A stretch of DNA of 64,000 nt, from positions 12,400,001-12,464,000 of the forward strand of contig OX597827.1 of the NCBI GenBank assembly GCA_951406725.2, written 5' to 3'. This stretch comes from Octopus vulgaris (taxonomy: Eukaryota). Positions 38,405 through 52,831 of this stretch are shown piece by piece; positions within the stretch are counted from its first letter, which is position 1, and the number at the start of each line of letters is the position of its first letter. The notes below the pieces were generated by a model, which saw nothing but the letters and a program-made list of their open reading frames with translations, did no database searches and had not been told where the DNA came from. The position numbers were made by a program, and so were the translations under genes.

Positions 38405-38824
38405 GGCGCAGGAGTGGCTGTGTGGTAAGTAGCTTGCTAACCAGCCACATGGTTCCGGGTTCAGTCCCACTGCGTGGCATCTTGAGAAAGTGTCTTCTGC
38501 TATAGCCTCGGGCCTACCAATGCCTTGTGAGTGGATTTGGTAGACGGAAACTGAAAGAAGCATGTCGTATATATGTATATATATATATATGTGTGTGTAT
38601 GTATGTGTGTGTGTCTGTGTTTGTCCCCCTAGCATTGCTTGACAACCGATGCTGGTGTGTTTACGTCCCCGTTACTTAGCGGTTCGGCAAAAGAGACCGA
38701 TAGAATAAGTACTGGGCTAACAAAGAATATGTCCAAGGGTCGATTTGCTCGACTAAAGGCGGTGCTCCAGCATGGCCACAGTCAAATGACTGAAACAAGT
38801 AAAAGAGAAAAGAGTAAGAGAGTA
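38405..38824 (+). mobile_element. Full SINE family A abutting a family E tail
   Basis: Head through tail; family E motifs at 38825-38985. Confidence 0.88.
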
Positions 38825-38977
38825 CACTCATTAAAATGGTTGGCATTAAAAAGGTCGTCCAGCCATAGAAACATTGCTGAAGCAGGCATTAGAACATGGT
38901 TCAATCCTTGGGACCATTGAATTCTGTTACACCATCTGACCCCCCAAGCCAGCATGAGATACAGAATACAGCTCTTG

Positions 38978-39358
38978 GATGATGATGGTGAAGATGATGA
39001 CGACGATGATGACAATCGTGATGATTGATGACAGTGACAACGATGATGATGATGATGATGATGGCAATCATAATGATGACGATGATGATGATGAGAGTCA
39101 TGATGATGACGATCATGCTGATGATGATGATGATGATGACAATTATCATGATGTTGATGACAACATTGACAACGATAATGATGATGATGCCGATGATGAT
39201 GATGACGAACATCATGATGATACTAATGATAATGAGGATCATGGTGATGACAATCCGGATGATGATGATCATCACCATCGTCATGATAATGATGCTGGTT
39301 TCAACAATGGCGATAACCACATTGACATCAATGACGACGATGATGATGATAATGATGC

Positions 39359-39397
<39 letters not shown>

Positions 39398-39415
39398 CGA
39401 TGATGATGATGATGA
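38978..39415. repeat. Degenerate (GAT)n grown from a family E tail
   Basis: Begins directly after the family E 3' motif. Confidence 0.85.
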
Positions 39416-40336
39416 TTCATACACATGCTGCTCATATTTTGCAATGAGCACGCTAAGTGTGCTTATTATTACTAAGTATGAATTTGCATATTTCATCAAT
39501 CTGCTTGAAATAGCAGTCACATCTCTTTCAAGTCATACTCCAAGCCCCACTCATCTTAGAAAGGAAGGAAACATTGAATAACATCGTTCCTGTGGTACAG
39601 GAGCCAGAAAAGATATGGGATTGTAATAACAGGAACTTCTCTGATCGCAGACAACTGCTCAACCAGCTCTGGCCTTGGGTTAAATAACAGTAGTTTAGTT
39701 ATAAATTTGTATTAGAGTAATTACTGAATGAATTGAAAAGGTTGCAAGATGCAACGAAAATTTTAGAAAATATAAAATAAGAAATAAGTGGAAATTTTAC
39801 CGGTGAGTGTGTTACATTATAAGGCACAAAAAGAAAATGTCTCTCCCCAGACACAACAGAATATGCTTCAACACACGAACTCATATAAAGAATCTTGCAA
39901 ACCAAATCCAAAAACGAAATACTGAATGAGAGTTTTATAGCTAATAGATATATTTGGATGATGAGTTGACAGATCAATATTGGCCAAATGGGTCCATAGC
40001 TACCAGGTATGGTTGTATGGTCAAGAAGTTTTGGGTTTAATTCCACAATGCAGTGTTCTGGCCAATACTGAGAAAGTAAAAGTTGGTAGACAGAAACTGT
40101 GTGGAAGCCATGCATATGTGTGTGGGTGTGTGTGTGTGTTCTTTCACTTGTTTTAGTCATTTGACTGTGGCCATACTGGGGCACTGGCTTGAAGGGTTTT
40201 AGTTGAACAAATCGACCCTAGGCATATTTCTTAAGCCTAGTACTTATTCTGTTGGTCTTTTGCTGAAGTAAACACAACACCAGTTGTCAAGTGATGATGG
40301 AGGAGCATACACAGACATGCATAGATATATAAGTAT

Positions 40337-41073
<737 letters not shown>

Positions 41074-41546
41074 TTGAAAGTGCATTGAGAATAGTTAAAA
41101 TATTTTTTATTTATATATTTAAAGCTTTAACTGGTTTCACAGTTTACAGTGATTTTCAAAATTCTCAAATAGAAAGACATGGTTTATGTCACAGCTGACT
41201 TGCTTCTGACTAGTGTTTGAAGTTTGCCCTCTTTTTATAGGGAGTTCATGGCTCAAATTAGTATATGCATTTGAACAGGATTTGATTGGTAGAGGATAGT
41301 CACATGACTGGTCTTAGAAATTTTTGTAGGTTCTTGGCTTTGTCGTGTCTTAGTTTCAAGTGGCATTGAACATAGTGGGAAATGGGAAATGTACAAAAGA
41401 TTATAAACTTAATCATGAGTTTATTATCCACAAACACTTGACAGAAAACATCCAGAGCATTGATTGTTTGGGCATGTGCAGTCAACCATGTCAACCTTAA
41501 CTTACAAAGCCAAACATTGTCACTTGATACATATATATATATATGT

Positions 41547-41852
41547 GGAGGCGCAATGATCCAGTGGTTAGGGCAGCGGACTTGCGGTCGTAGGATCACG
41601 GTTTCGATTCCCAGACCGGGCGTTGTGAGTGTTTATTGAGTGAAAACACCTAAAGCTCCACGAGGTTCCAGCAGGGGATGGTGACGATCCCTGCTGTGCT
41701 CTTTCGCCACACCTTTCTCCCACTCTTTCTTCTGTTGGCCTGCTCGCTTAGCCAGTGGGGTGGCGTCATTTAAAGGCTAAAACAATGCGAAACGCATTGT
41801 GACCAGCGATGTGTAGCAACATCTGATAGCCTGGTTGGTCACGGTGATCACG

Positions 41853-41857
<5 letters not shown>
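41547..41857 (+). mobile_element. SINE family C with tail type 2 ending (CACGGTGAT)2
   Basis: Same head as the 21245 copy up to ~41730, then an unrelated 3' part. Confidence 0.85.
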
Positions 41858-41886
<29 letters not shown>

Positions 41887-41887
<1 letters not shown>

Positions 41888-44502
41888 CGGGAAGCTTTAT
41901 GAAAATAAACAAAAGACGAAGGCAGGTGGAAAACAAACGAACAATTGTATTAGTATGGCGCTCAGGAAATATAAATAAAACAAGTCTTTAACGTTTTGAG
42001 CCTACGCTCTTCAACAGAAAGATACACAGAGAGAAAAAAAACACAGAAAGAAGGAGAGAAAAAAATGCGTGCAGTAGCTAACGAATCAACATGGCGATCT
42101 GATTTCGGCCAGAGGTCAAAGATCAAACATGAGACGCGAGAGCGAAATAAGGGGAGATAATAGGGTTGATAATAGGGTTGATAATAGGGTTGAAGGACCA
42201 GCTAATAGTGCGTAGGAGGGGTCTGGATGTGTGTATGTATAGGGTTGGTGTATGTATTAGTATGTATAAGGGTGTGTGTGTGTGTGTGTGTGTGTATGAG
42301 AGAGTATTAGTGCGTAGGATTGGTCTGGACGTGCGTATGTATGGGGTTGGTGTATGTATTAGTATGTATTAGTATGTATTAGTACGTATTAGTATGTATA
42401 AGTGTGTGTGTGTGTGTGTATGAGAGAGTATAAGTGCGTATGCGGGGTCTGGACGTGTGTATGTATAGGGTTGGTGTATGTATTAGTATGTATTAGTATG
42501 TATTAGTACGTATTAGTATGTATTAGTTGGTGTATGTATTAGTATGGCACATCATATGTGATGTGATGTGTAAAGTCGTGTGGTGTAGTGAGGAGAAGAG
42601 GGGGAGGGGAGAAGAGGGGGAGGGGAGAAGAGGGGGAGAGAGAAGGGGAGGGGAAGAAGAGGGGGAGGAGAGGATGGGGGAGAAAGAAGGGGATGAGGGG
42701 GGATGAAGGAGAAAAGAGGGAGAGAGGGAGAGAGGGAGTGAGGGAGCAGAGGGAAGGGGAAGAGGGAAGGAGGGAAGGAGGGAGGGAGAAAGAGGGAAGA
42801 AGGGAAGGGGAGTAGGGGTGAAAGGATGAAGGACTGAAGAAGTAGGGGTCGGGGGGAAAGGATAGGTGAGGAGGGGGGAGAGGGGGTTAGATGAGGAGGG
42901 GGGAGAGTTGAGACCAAATGGCGTATAAGAACGAAGAGAGAAGATTAATTCCTGTTCACGGCGCAAACGGGAATCCGGATGGGGTCTGTGTAAGGACAAA
43001 CCGAACACAGATAGGTGTTGCAAGGAGTGACCGGTGGAGCGGAAATGGCGTGAGACCGGTGTGTCGTTCGCAAGGTGGATGTCACGAAGGTGTTCCGCGA
43101 ACCGGTCAGCCAAGCGGCGTCCCGTTTGTCCGATGTACAAGGAATTGCAGAGAGAGCAAGAGATGCAATAGATAATATTGCTGGAGGTGCAGGTGAAGGA
43201 GTGGATGATGGGATAGGGTCGATGGTGGGTGCTAGTGAGGCGGGTGGTGTTGGAGAGGTAAGGGCAAGTGCGGCAACGTGGGCGGGAGCAGGGGAACGAG
43301 CCGGGTTGGGAGGTAGGGTCAGGGAAGGAGCTATGGACCAAAAGGTCTCGAAGGTTGTGGGCTCGTTTGAAAGAGGGGAGGGGTCGGTTAGGGAAGAGGT
43401 GTGAAGTGGACGGGTCGGACTGGAGATGACGGAAAGCTCGAAGAATGGTGCGTTGGAGACGTAGGGTCGTGGGGTGGTAAGTGAGGGGAAAAGGGAGGCG
43501 GGAGACTACAGGGCGGGTTCGGGGAGAGAGAGCAGATACACGGTCCACGGACCGTGCTCTGGCAAGGGCGGTGTGGATAGTGGTGAAGGGGTATCCACGT
43601 AGGGTGAAGTGGTGAGCCATACGTTGAGACTGAGTCTCAAAGTCATGGTCGTCACTACAGAGCCTACGTAGACGGAGGAATTGGGAATAGGGGATGGAAA
43701 GCTTGGTGTGTTCTGGGTGGGAGGAAGAGAAGTTGAGGTATGAGTGTGAGTCTGTGTGTTTGTAGTGAATGGAGGTGGTAAGAGTGGAGTGAAGAATGCT
43801 AACCGAAATGTCGAGGAAGGAGACAGAGGTGTTGGAGATAGTGGAAGTGAAGTGGAGGGCTGGATGGAAAGATTGGACGAAAGAGAAGAAGGAATCTAGA
43901 TGTTCGCGGGTGAGTGAGGTGGCACCGATAATGTCGTCAATGTAACGACCATATAGTTCAGGAGTGGGACCAGTGAAATTAGAGAATATTTGGGCCTCAA
44001 CATAGCCAACGAACAGGTTCGCATAGTTGGGGCCCATTCGCGTTCCCATGGCCACTCCCGAGACCTGATGGTAGAACTCGCCCGCGAACGAGAAGCAGTT
44101 CAGAGTAAGGACAAGTTCGGCCAGATGAATGAGTGTGGAGGTGTCAGGTACAGGGTTAGAGCGGAGGTCAAGAAAGTGTCGAAGGGCCTGCAGTCCTTCG
44201 TGGTGAGGGATAACAGTATAGAGGCTTTGGATGTCCATAGTAAAAAGGATTTTGGAGGAGCCGGGAGGAAAGGAGAAAGAGTTGAAAAGCCGGAGAGCAT
44301 GGTTGGTATCGTGGATGTGGGAGGGAAGAGATGCCACTAGGGGGCAAGGACACGGTCGAGGTATTTAGAGATGAGCTCCGTGGGGCAGTTACAGGCGGAG
44401 ACGATGGGGCGGCCAGGGTTGTTGGGTTTGTGGATTTTGGGGAGGAAGTAAATGGTGGGGGTACGTGGGGTTTGCACAATTAGGTTGGATGCGGTGCGGG
44501 GG
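41887..44502 (-). mobile_element. Penelope-like retroelement (probably Neptune clade), 5'-truncated, inserted in (TA)n
   Basis: RT plus GIY-YIG ORF, pyrimidine-rich and tandem-repeat 3' region, terminal pLTR with a degenerate hammerhead at 41985-42022. Confidence 0.92.
42887..44502 (-). pseudogene. PLE reverse transcriptase / GIY-YIG endonuclease, frameshifted
   Basis: [62 protein letters not shown] linker, NIIYCISCSLCNSLYIGQT..RFAEH..GLN; 1-nt loss at ~44340 breaks the frame. Confidence 0.92.
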
Positions 44503-44520
44503 ATATATATATATATATAT

Positions 44521-44579
<59 letters not shown>

Positions 44580-44977
44580 TAACGGCCTTCACTTGCCCAA
44601 GGTGCCAGGCAATGTGACTGAGCCTGGATCCATATGTTTAGGAAGCAAACTTCTTACCACACGGCCATAATATATAATGTATATATGCTTCCTCCCCAAT
44701 GATGTGGTCCAAGAAAATCGAATTAAGATCTTTTTTCTTCATAATGGATTTGATGTCTCTGGAATTTCAATTTCACTTCTAATAACACTATGTGATCTAC
44801 CTTGACCAATAGCTGCCCAGTTTCAGGTAGCCATCTTGGACTTTCTACACCTTTCTATTCAGCTGTCTCAACCTGAGAAGCTAAGTTTTTGCAAGGACCC
44901 TACAAAACTTCAAGTTGCTTGGGGCCAAATCAAACTGTTTTAAATAACAACAACAACAACAACAGCAATAATAAAAA

Positions 44978-45188
44978 TTGTTTCAAAATTTGGCACAAGA
45001 CTAGCAGTTTCAGGGAAGGGGCTAAGTCAATTACATCGACACCAGTGCTCAACAGTTTATTAGTTTATCGAACTCAAGAAGATGAGAGGCAGAGTCAACC
45101 TCAGCGGAATTTGAACTCAGAACATGATGACGGATGAAATGCTACTAAGCATTTTGCCGGCATGCTAATAATTCAGCCAGCTCACCAC
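44978..45188 (-). mobile_element. SINE family B, tail type 2
   Basis: Family B motifs. Confidence 0.8.
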
Positions 45189-45190
45189 CG

Positions 45191-45232
<42 letters not shown>

Positions 45233-45251
45233 TAATAATAATAATAATAAT

Positions 45252-45520
45252 ATGGGTGTTTCATTCAACATCCTTAAACAACCTTTATTCAGGGACCTTT
45301 TGAGTGGGATGGGCTACTCGACCAGAAGAAAATTCTAACTGGGCCCCACCTGCAAGGTCATGTGCTGTTTATCTTGATATGAGATCACCATGTCGCGCAC
45401 ATATGGTTGTGATGCATGTGCCTGGTGTGCCCTTATCAGACAGGTAATCATGATGGGTATACTGGGCTTCATATATTTTACCCCAGTGTCACTTTGATGG
45501 CATGCACTGCTCTCTCACTC
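45252..45520 (+). mobile_element. Shorter 5'-truncated copy of the (TAA)n-embedded LINE 3' UTR
   Basis: Reverse complement of 22918-23189; (AAT)n on both sides. Confidence 0.75.
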
Positions 45521-45817
45521 AATAATAATAATAATAATAATAATAGTAATGGTTTCAAATTTTGCCACAAGGGCAGCAATTTTGGGGTAAGGGATGAGTT
45601 AATTACATCAACCCCAGTGTTGTGTGTATGTCTGTATTTTTCAATGGTATGCAAATGGTGGTGCCCTAGCATGGCCGCAGCTCTGAGCTGAAACTACAAA
45701 AAAAAAAAAAAAGCAAAAAGATATGAGCATCGGCTCCAAAACCGAAAAACAAGTTCTTAAGGAATGAAGTTATCTGAGATACACTGAATCACACACACAC
45801 ATACACAAACTCTCCCT

Positions 45818-45818
<1 letters not shown>

Positions 45819-45886
<68 letters not shown>

Positions 45887-45899
45887 CATCTATCCATTC

Positions 45900-45946
<47 letters not shown>

Positions 45947-45970
45947 AATCTATCTATCTAACTATCTATC

Positions 45971-46055
<85 letters not shown>

Positions 46056-46067
46056 ATCTATCTATCT
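45819..46067. repeat. (TATC)n
   Basis: Direct reading. Confidence 0.97.
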
Positions 46068-46668
46068 CTCTTATCATTCACTGTACCAGGAAGACAATGA
46101 AGCAGTGATTGACTCAATGGATATCTGTACTCAAAGTTTCTATTGTTCATAAATTGCTATTCAAAATAAATAAATAGATAAACTGGTATGATAATGAGAA
46201 ATTGCTTATTTTTCAATAGTGGGAGCACAATAGAACCCATGATTGTTCTGATAGCTTTACAATGCAACGATTCAAAGCCTTTATGATCTAATGAAGGAGA
46301 AATAGATACTATTCTAAGGATTCCACGAAATAAAGGTTTCAAAAACAGTGCCACAAACATCCCTATTAAAGTACAATGGCAATAATCAGTTAAAAGCACC
46401 AGTTATTGACACACACAAAAATGGTCCTTATCAGCGTTTCTGAGCCTCACATGTGGGATGGTGGATAACAGAATTAATGCATCAGAATTTGGCAAGTTTA
46501 CCTTGTGGTATTTGATCATATTTCTTTTCTGTTCTGGGTTCAAATCCTGCCTAAGTCAACTTTGCTTTTGTCCTTCCCAGGACAATGAAATATGAGTCAA
46601 TTTCTGAGGATTGATACAACTAAATAAAACTTTTGCAGATGGTATCACAGACCAGGGACTGAAAGCGG

Positions 46669-46897
46669 TTACAGAATAAACATATCAAGTAATATGCTTT
46701 GGTACTTATTGATGCTGATGCTGTTGCTGTTGAGCGTAGCGGTCTTTGTCCAGTGGGAGAAGTCTGAAATGTGGTCCTTTGCTATTCGTAAGACCCGCAG
46801 AAAAGAAAGTAGGTAAACCCCCAACACCGAGAGCATCGACAGATGGATGAATGCACATCCAGGCTCAGCGGTTGCATAGGAAGTTGGGGTAATGTTT
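46669..46897 (-). other. Unique exon-like island, strand ambiguous
   Basis: Minus: aaacag|A then a 75-codon ORF with a hydrophobic stretch; plus: MLWYLLMLMLLLLSVAVFVQ... from 46694 with AG|GTAAAC at 46812. Confidence 0.25.
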
Positions 46898-47169
46898 CTG
46901 TTTAGACTCAGGTTAACTCTGATCAAGCAAACCTTTAATCAAAGACATTCTAACCATGAGCAACCTACCTTTCTTTTCTTTATAAATTGACTGACTGTCT
47001 ACAATATCCAAAGTGACCCTTCACAATTAAAAAATAAACATTAAGATATGATTTGAAAGAAAACTTGGCTGCTATTTCTAGCCAGTTTGTAATGACAGAC
47101 ATTCTTTATACACCTCAGTTACTGCAGTTGTTTAACTCTAGGGCATCCCTCATCAGACAAATCTATGAT

Positions 47170-47561
47170 TACTCTTTTACTCTTTTACTTGTTTCAGTCA
47201 TTTGACTGCGGCCATGCTGGAGCACCGCCTTTAATCGAGCAACTCGACCCCGGGACTTATTCCATGTAAGCCCAGCACTTATTCTATCGGTCTCTTTTTG
47301 CCAAACCGCTAAGTGATGGGGACATAAACACACCAGCATCGGTTGTCAAGCAATGCTAGGGGGACAAATACAGACACACAAACACGCACACATATATATA
47401 TATACATATATACGACGGGCTTCTTTCAGTTTCCGTCTACCAAATCCACTCACAAGGCTTTGGTCGGCCCGAGGCTATAGTAGAAGACACTTGCCCTAGG
47501 TGCCACGCAGTGGGACTGAACCCGGAACCATGTGGTTTGTAAGCAAGCTACTTACCACACA
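47170..47561 (-). mobile_element. SINE family A
   Basis: Tail to near-complete head. Confidence 0.9.
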
Positions 47562-48803
47562 AAAGACATTCTAATTGCTGCCATCCTGACTCAGGGTCTG
47601 CATTATCTAACGCATTCTCAAACTTTTAAAGACAGTGATTTGAGTTTGATTTGACTGCTACTTTTAGCATGTTTCATGACTGTGCAAAGATTCTCTTGTT
47701 GGATCATACTTATTTCAATCATCTCCGTCAATATGAGCTAAACCAAGAACATTTAAATCCCAAACATTCTTTGCTTTTAACTTAATGACTTTAGTAGTTT
47801 GATTTTTATATATTTAATTGCATACAGCCGTGGAAAGAGAAGAAATATTTGTAAGAACCGATATAATTTTCCAGATTCACAGATTTTTGTTATGAGATCT
47901 GATTGATATAAGGAGAAGAAGGGTTAGACATTGAGAAAACAGCTTTATAGATTGTTAAAATAAAATATTCTTATGTAAGTATAATAGCATTGGCAAAGTG
48001 AACCAAGCTATTAGAGAAAAAGATAGAGAAAATAAAGAGAATTTTAAACTCTTATACTTGAAAATGTAAAACATGAAAGAATGTTTGAAAATCCCAAAGC
48101 TCTAAATATTTATCATATTGATATTTAAATAATTGAATTAAATAACGAGAAAATCTATAAATCTATGTAGGAAATGTAATTTTTATGAGTGCTATTGTGT
48201 AAAATCCTTTCGTATTGCAATATCTTTAGGGTAAATGAAGTTTAGGATAAAGTATTAGAAGTGGAGAGCAAGAGAGAGAGAGGGAGAGTAAGAGAGAGAG
48301 GGAGAGAGAGAGAGAGAGAGAGAATTTAATGAGAGAAATGGAGTTCAGAAGACATTAAATGCAGCTAAGTGTCTTCTGTCGTAATTAAATATTAACTTAA
48401 AAGAGAATTTTACTATTAGAGAGTCATTTCCAGAGAAAAATGTATCACTTTGCTGCTGTCTGTAAAGATTTAAAATATATAAAAGATTTGAAGATTGTCA
48501 TTGTACCGATATTGACCAATCAACGAAGATCTTATATAAGATTATTTAAAACAGGTAAAATATAATACGTAATAACACTTCAAACTTATTTGGTCAGCTC
48601 CTGCTTCAAATTCTGACATAAATGATTACCCAATAGAAAAATTCATTACTGAAACAGGACATAAATCAGATGATGGATGACATTAGTTGATTGATTTTCA
48701 AAGTAATTATAATGTGGGGGTTTTATGTTTATGTCTACACAAATACAGAAGAATTCGTATGTATATATTAGGCACATACGTACACAAATAAGACATACAT
48801 ATG

Positions 48804-48835
<32 letters not shown>

Positions 48836-48943
48836 CACGTATGTATGTATGTATGTGTGTGTATATTTGTGTATGTATATATGTATATGTGTCCATGTCT
48901 GTGTGTAAATATATAATATGTATATATGTACAGGATATATCCA

Positions 48944-48975
<32 letters not shown>

Positions 48976-49055
48976 GATCTATCTATCTATTTATCTGTCC
49001 ATCTACCTGTCTGTCTGTCTGTCTATTTATCTATCTATCTATATTGTGCATATAC

Positions 49056-49107
<52 letters not shown>

Positions 49108-49111
<4 letters not shown>

Positions 49112-49585
49112 TCATCATCATCATCATCATCATCGTTTAACGTCCGCTTTCCATGCTAGCATGGGTTGGACGATTTGACTGAGGTCTGGCGAACCAGATG
49201 GCTGCTCCAGACTCCAATCTGCTCTGGCAGAGTTTCTACAGCTGGATGCCCTTCCTAAAACCAACCACTCCGAGAGTGTAGTGGGTGCTTTTACGTGCCA
49301 CAGAAATGAGGGCCAGTCAGTTGGTATTGGCAGCGGCCACGCTCAAATGGTGCTTTTCATGTGTCACCTGCACAGGAGCCAGTCGAGCGGCACTGGCAAC
49401 AACCTCGCTCGAATGTTTTTTCATATGCCACCAGCACAAGTGCCAGTAAGGCGACGCAGGTAATGATCACACTCGAATGGTGCTTTTTACGTGCCACCGG
49501 CATGGAGGCCAGCTTGTTGCTCTGGCAATGATCACGCTCGTATGGTACTCTTAGCACTTCACTAGCACGGATGCCAGTCATCGAA
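49108..49585 (-). mobile_element. RTE-like LINE family E 3' UTR
   Basis: (CAT)n cgtttaacgtccgc...ggatgcccttcctaa...gtgcttttacgtgcc repeats. Confidence 0.75.
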
Positions 49586-49940
49586 TTAAAGGACAAAAAT
49601 TAAATAATATTGCTTTAGATCAAGGTCATTGTCTTACTATTTCTGCTACATTGTGCCTTCCATATAATGAAATATGTAAAATCTAGAAATTCCTACTGGC
49701 AGTATATAATTATTCTGGCTACAAATGCATTAATAAGTCTGTTTTCTTTCAAATAATATAGGTGATTCTTACTTGAAAGAACAAGGTAACCTTTCTTTCT
49801 TTAAAACTCTCATTGACAAAGAACTGGAGTAATTCAGCCAATCAGTTACTTCAACAGTGAGTAATCTTTACAGAACGGAATAAAAAAAAAATGATTTAAT
49901 TGAATCTTTACAGAAACTGAGTTTCATTTGGAATGGCATA

Positions 49941-50327
49941 TGGATGGAAGCACTCCATCGGTTAAGACGACGAGGGTTCCGGTTGATCCGATCAACGGAA
50001 CAGCCTGCTCGTGAAATTAACGTGTAAATGGCTGAGCACTCCACAAACACGTGTACCCTTAACGTAGTTCTCGGGGATATTCAGCGTGACACAGAGAGTG
50101 ACAAGGCTGGCCCTTTGAAATACAGGTACAACAGAAACAGGAAGTAAGAGTGAGAGAAAGTTGTGGTGAAAGAGTACAGCAGGGATCACCACCATCCCCT
50201 GCCAGAGCCTCGTGGAGCTTTTAGGTGTTTTCGCTCAATAAACACTCACAACGCCCAGTCTGGGAATCGAAACCACGATCCTACGACCGCGAGTCCGCTG
50301 CCCTAACCACTGGGCCATTGTGCCTCC
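49941..50327 (-). mobile_element. Full SINE family C with 11-bp TSD
   Basis: TSD GGAATGGCATA at 49930-49940 and 50328-50338. Confidence 0.92.
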
Positions 50328-50587
50328 GGAATGGCATAAATGACGTGCTAATTATTGGTGTTAAGAATTTCTAGACAGTTTTACTTTGTTTTTTAAACAG
50401 GACAGTGTATTTTGCTTCTTGGCATTGGTTCCTTTCTGAGCTAAATGGTTGGTTTATTGTGTGACTGAGCCCAATAAGTATCCTAACAAAGACTGATTGA
50501 GACAGAATTGAGTTAACTATCTTTTAAATGAGTAAAAAATATGAATGAAATGTAACAGAGAATTTTTTCTTACAAAGCTTAGTTTAA

Positions 50588-50846
50588 AGAGAGAGAGAGA
50601 GGGAGAGAGAAGAAGAAGAAGAAGAAGAAGGAGAAGAAGAAGAAGGAGGAGATGAAGAAGGAGAAGAAGAAGGAGAAGAAGAAGAAGGAGAAGAAGAAGG
50701 AGAAGAAGAAGGAGGAGGAGAAGAAGAAGAAGAAGAAGAAGAAGAAGAAGAAGAAGAAGAAGAAGAAGAAGAAGAAGAAGAAGAAGAAGAAGAAGAAGAA
50801 GAAGAAGAAGAAGAAGAAGAAGAAGAAGAAGAAGAAGAAGAAGAAG

Positions 50847-50877
<31 letters not shown>

Positions 50878-51421
50878 GGAAGAAGAAGAAGAAGAAGAAG
50901 AAGAAGAAGAAGAAGAAGAAGAAGAAGAAGAAGAAGAAGAAGAAGAAGAAGAAGAAGAAGAAGAAGAAGAAGAAGAAGAAGAAGAAGAAGAAGAAGAAGA
51001 TGGAAGAAGAAGAAGAAGAAGTGGAAGAAGAAGTGGAAGAAGAAGTGGAAGAAGAAGTGGAAGAAGAAGACGAAGAAGAAGAAGAAGAAGAAGAAGAAGA
51101 AGAAGAAGAAGGAGAAGAAGAAGGAGAAGAAGAAGAAGAAGAAGAAGAAGAAGAAGAAGAAGAAGAAGAATAAGAAGTGGAAGAAGAAGAAGAAGAAGAA
51201 GAAGAAGAAGAAGAAAAAGAAGAAGAAGAAGAAGGAGGAGAAGAAAAAGGAGAAGAAGAAGGAGAAGAAGAATTAGAAGAAGAAGAAGAAGAAGAGGAAG
51301 AAGAAGACGAAGAAGACGAAGAAGAAAAAGAAGAAGACGAAGAAGAAGAAGAAGAAGAAGAAGAAGAAGAAGAAGAGAAAAAAAGAAGAAGAAGAAGAAG
51401 AAGAAGAAGAAAGTAGAAGAA
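50588..51421. repeat. ~830-bp (GAA)n-dominated polypurine tract
   Basis: Direct reading. Confidence 0.97.
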
Positions 51422-51799
51422 TGAGTGAATTAGATAATTGTTACAATAAAGTAGTTAAAGTGTATTAAATTAGAAATTTTGTTAGATTTTGTCATTTATT
51501 TTTTCCTCTTATTTTCCTTCTAAATATTGAGTTAGAATGAAACGATGTCATTTTAGGAAGTGTTATTAAAGTATATAATATTGTTTGCTTGTCTGTAGAT
51601 ATATAGGAACAGATAAAACTAGAAATTATTAATCACATTTATTGACTAAAAGTAAGTAAAAATTGAATTAATTATACCTGAATATGTGACAATAATTTGA
51701 ATCAAGTAATCACTTTGTATGCGATAAGGAATTATCATTATTACAACTAAGACAAGAATACCAGTCTGAATATATCAGACTATAATAAGCAAATGTTAT

Positions 51800-52298
51800 A
51801 AAGCTTCACCAGAGCCAGTGTAGCTGTCTTTGAATGTCACTAGAGAATTCTACTTCAGAAGACTTATAAAGGTGTAGTGATGTTGCTGTGTAAGGTTCAA
51901 CGCACATGCACAGAATGGGATTATTTCCGGGTGGCCACCGGAAGTCTTCCCCATGCACATGTGCGGGAAACTGACCCCTAAAACGCGGATCGCTCATTCA
52001 TCCTTTCTGGCCCTAGCAGCCCTCGTGAACGGACATGTATTGGCAGTCTCTGAGGACTTCATACCAACCAAGCAGCGAACCACAACGAATCATTTCGACC
52101 AACAAACAAGAATCGGTACTACAGATTCGGCTGTCGGTTTCCCTCCAGAGAACACGTACACCAGTTCTACATTACGATGAGAAATAAACAACATTTTTGC
52201 TGTGTTCGTAGATCACCTGACTTCGTCTGTTATTTTAACTAAAATTGAATGTGAGGGGATCAGATCGGACACCCCTCCAGTGATACCGAATCCAGATC
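51800..52298 (-). other. Unique, relatively GC-rich island beginning at a good minus-strand splice acceptor; possible terminal exon plus UTR
   Basis: tttgttctatcatctacatccctttgtaacag|GATCTGG; phase-1 reading SGFGITGGVSDLIPSHSILVKITDEVR*. Confidence 0.3.
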
Positions 52299-52427
52299 CT
52301 GTTACAAAGGGATGTAGATGATAGAACAAAACTAGTACTATCTTAAGACAGGGGTTGTTTCTTGTAGTTATTATATCTTAAATGTAGCATTCAAAATGTA
52401 TTTTTGTGGGATCCATTTTAAGAATTA

Positions 52428-52831
52428 CTAGCACTATGTTGTTTTTGTAAAATCTCTGAAAATAATTAAAAATTCACATTTTTTTTGTTAGTGCATGCAT
52501 ATACAGCTGCGTGCGTGCGTACATACATGTGGCGAGTACTGTCCGAATCTCCGACCAATCACATACAGCTAGCTGGCATTCAATTGGTGTATCAAGTTTC
52601 GGGCATTTTGATTGGGTTTTAGATAGAAAATTCACAAAAATGTCACTTCTATTGATTTTTTAATGGCTTTGCGGGGTGACTGGGGAAATGTAAAGATGTG
52701 CATGACCACCCTTGGACGGTTTTGAATGACCATAGAAAGTGCGAGCCCTCTAACTGAAAAATTGTGGATTTGTATAAAGGACATATACACACACACACAG
52801 ACAGACATTTTGCCGTTTATATATATAGAGA
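52428..52831 (-). mobile_element. Non-autonomous Helitron, family 2, hairpin deleted
   Basis: A|CTAGcactatg ... tgtggatttgtataaaggac...tatatagaGA|T. Confidence 0.75.

Noticed and set aside
42156-42191. TAGGGTT repeats as telomeric sequence
   Set aside because: 12-bp unit GATAATAGGGTT x3 inside the PLE, not (TTAGGG)n
42523-42886. Pro/Ser-rich C-terminal domain of the 604-aa ORF
   Set aside because: Read-through into a pyrimidine-rich 3' region after the GIY-YIG GLN motif, probably from a 1-nt loss
47125-47160. CTGATGAG on the minus strand as a hammerhead core
   Set aside because: No stem II-GAAA or stem I partner; part of another degenerate repeat
50652-51424. Poly-K/E/R ORFs (also 37288-37899, 38979-39581, 54333-54839, 29919-30558)
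   Set aside because: Trinucleotide microsatellite translations with no splice or domain context
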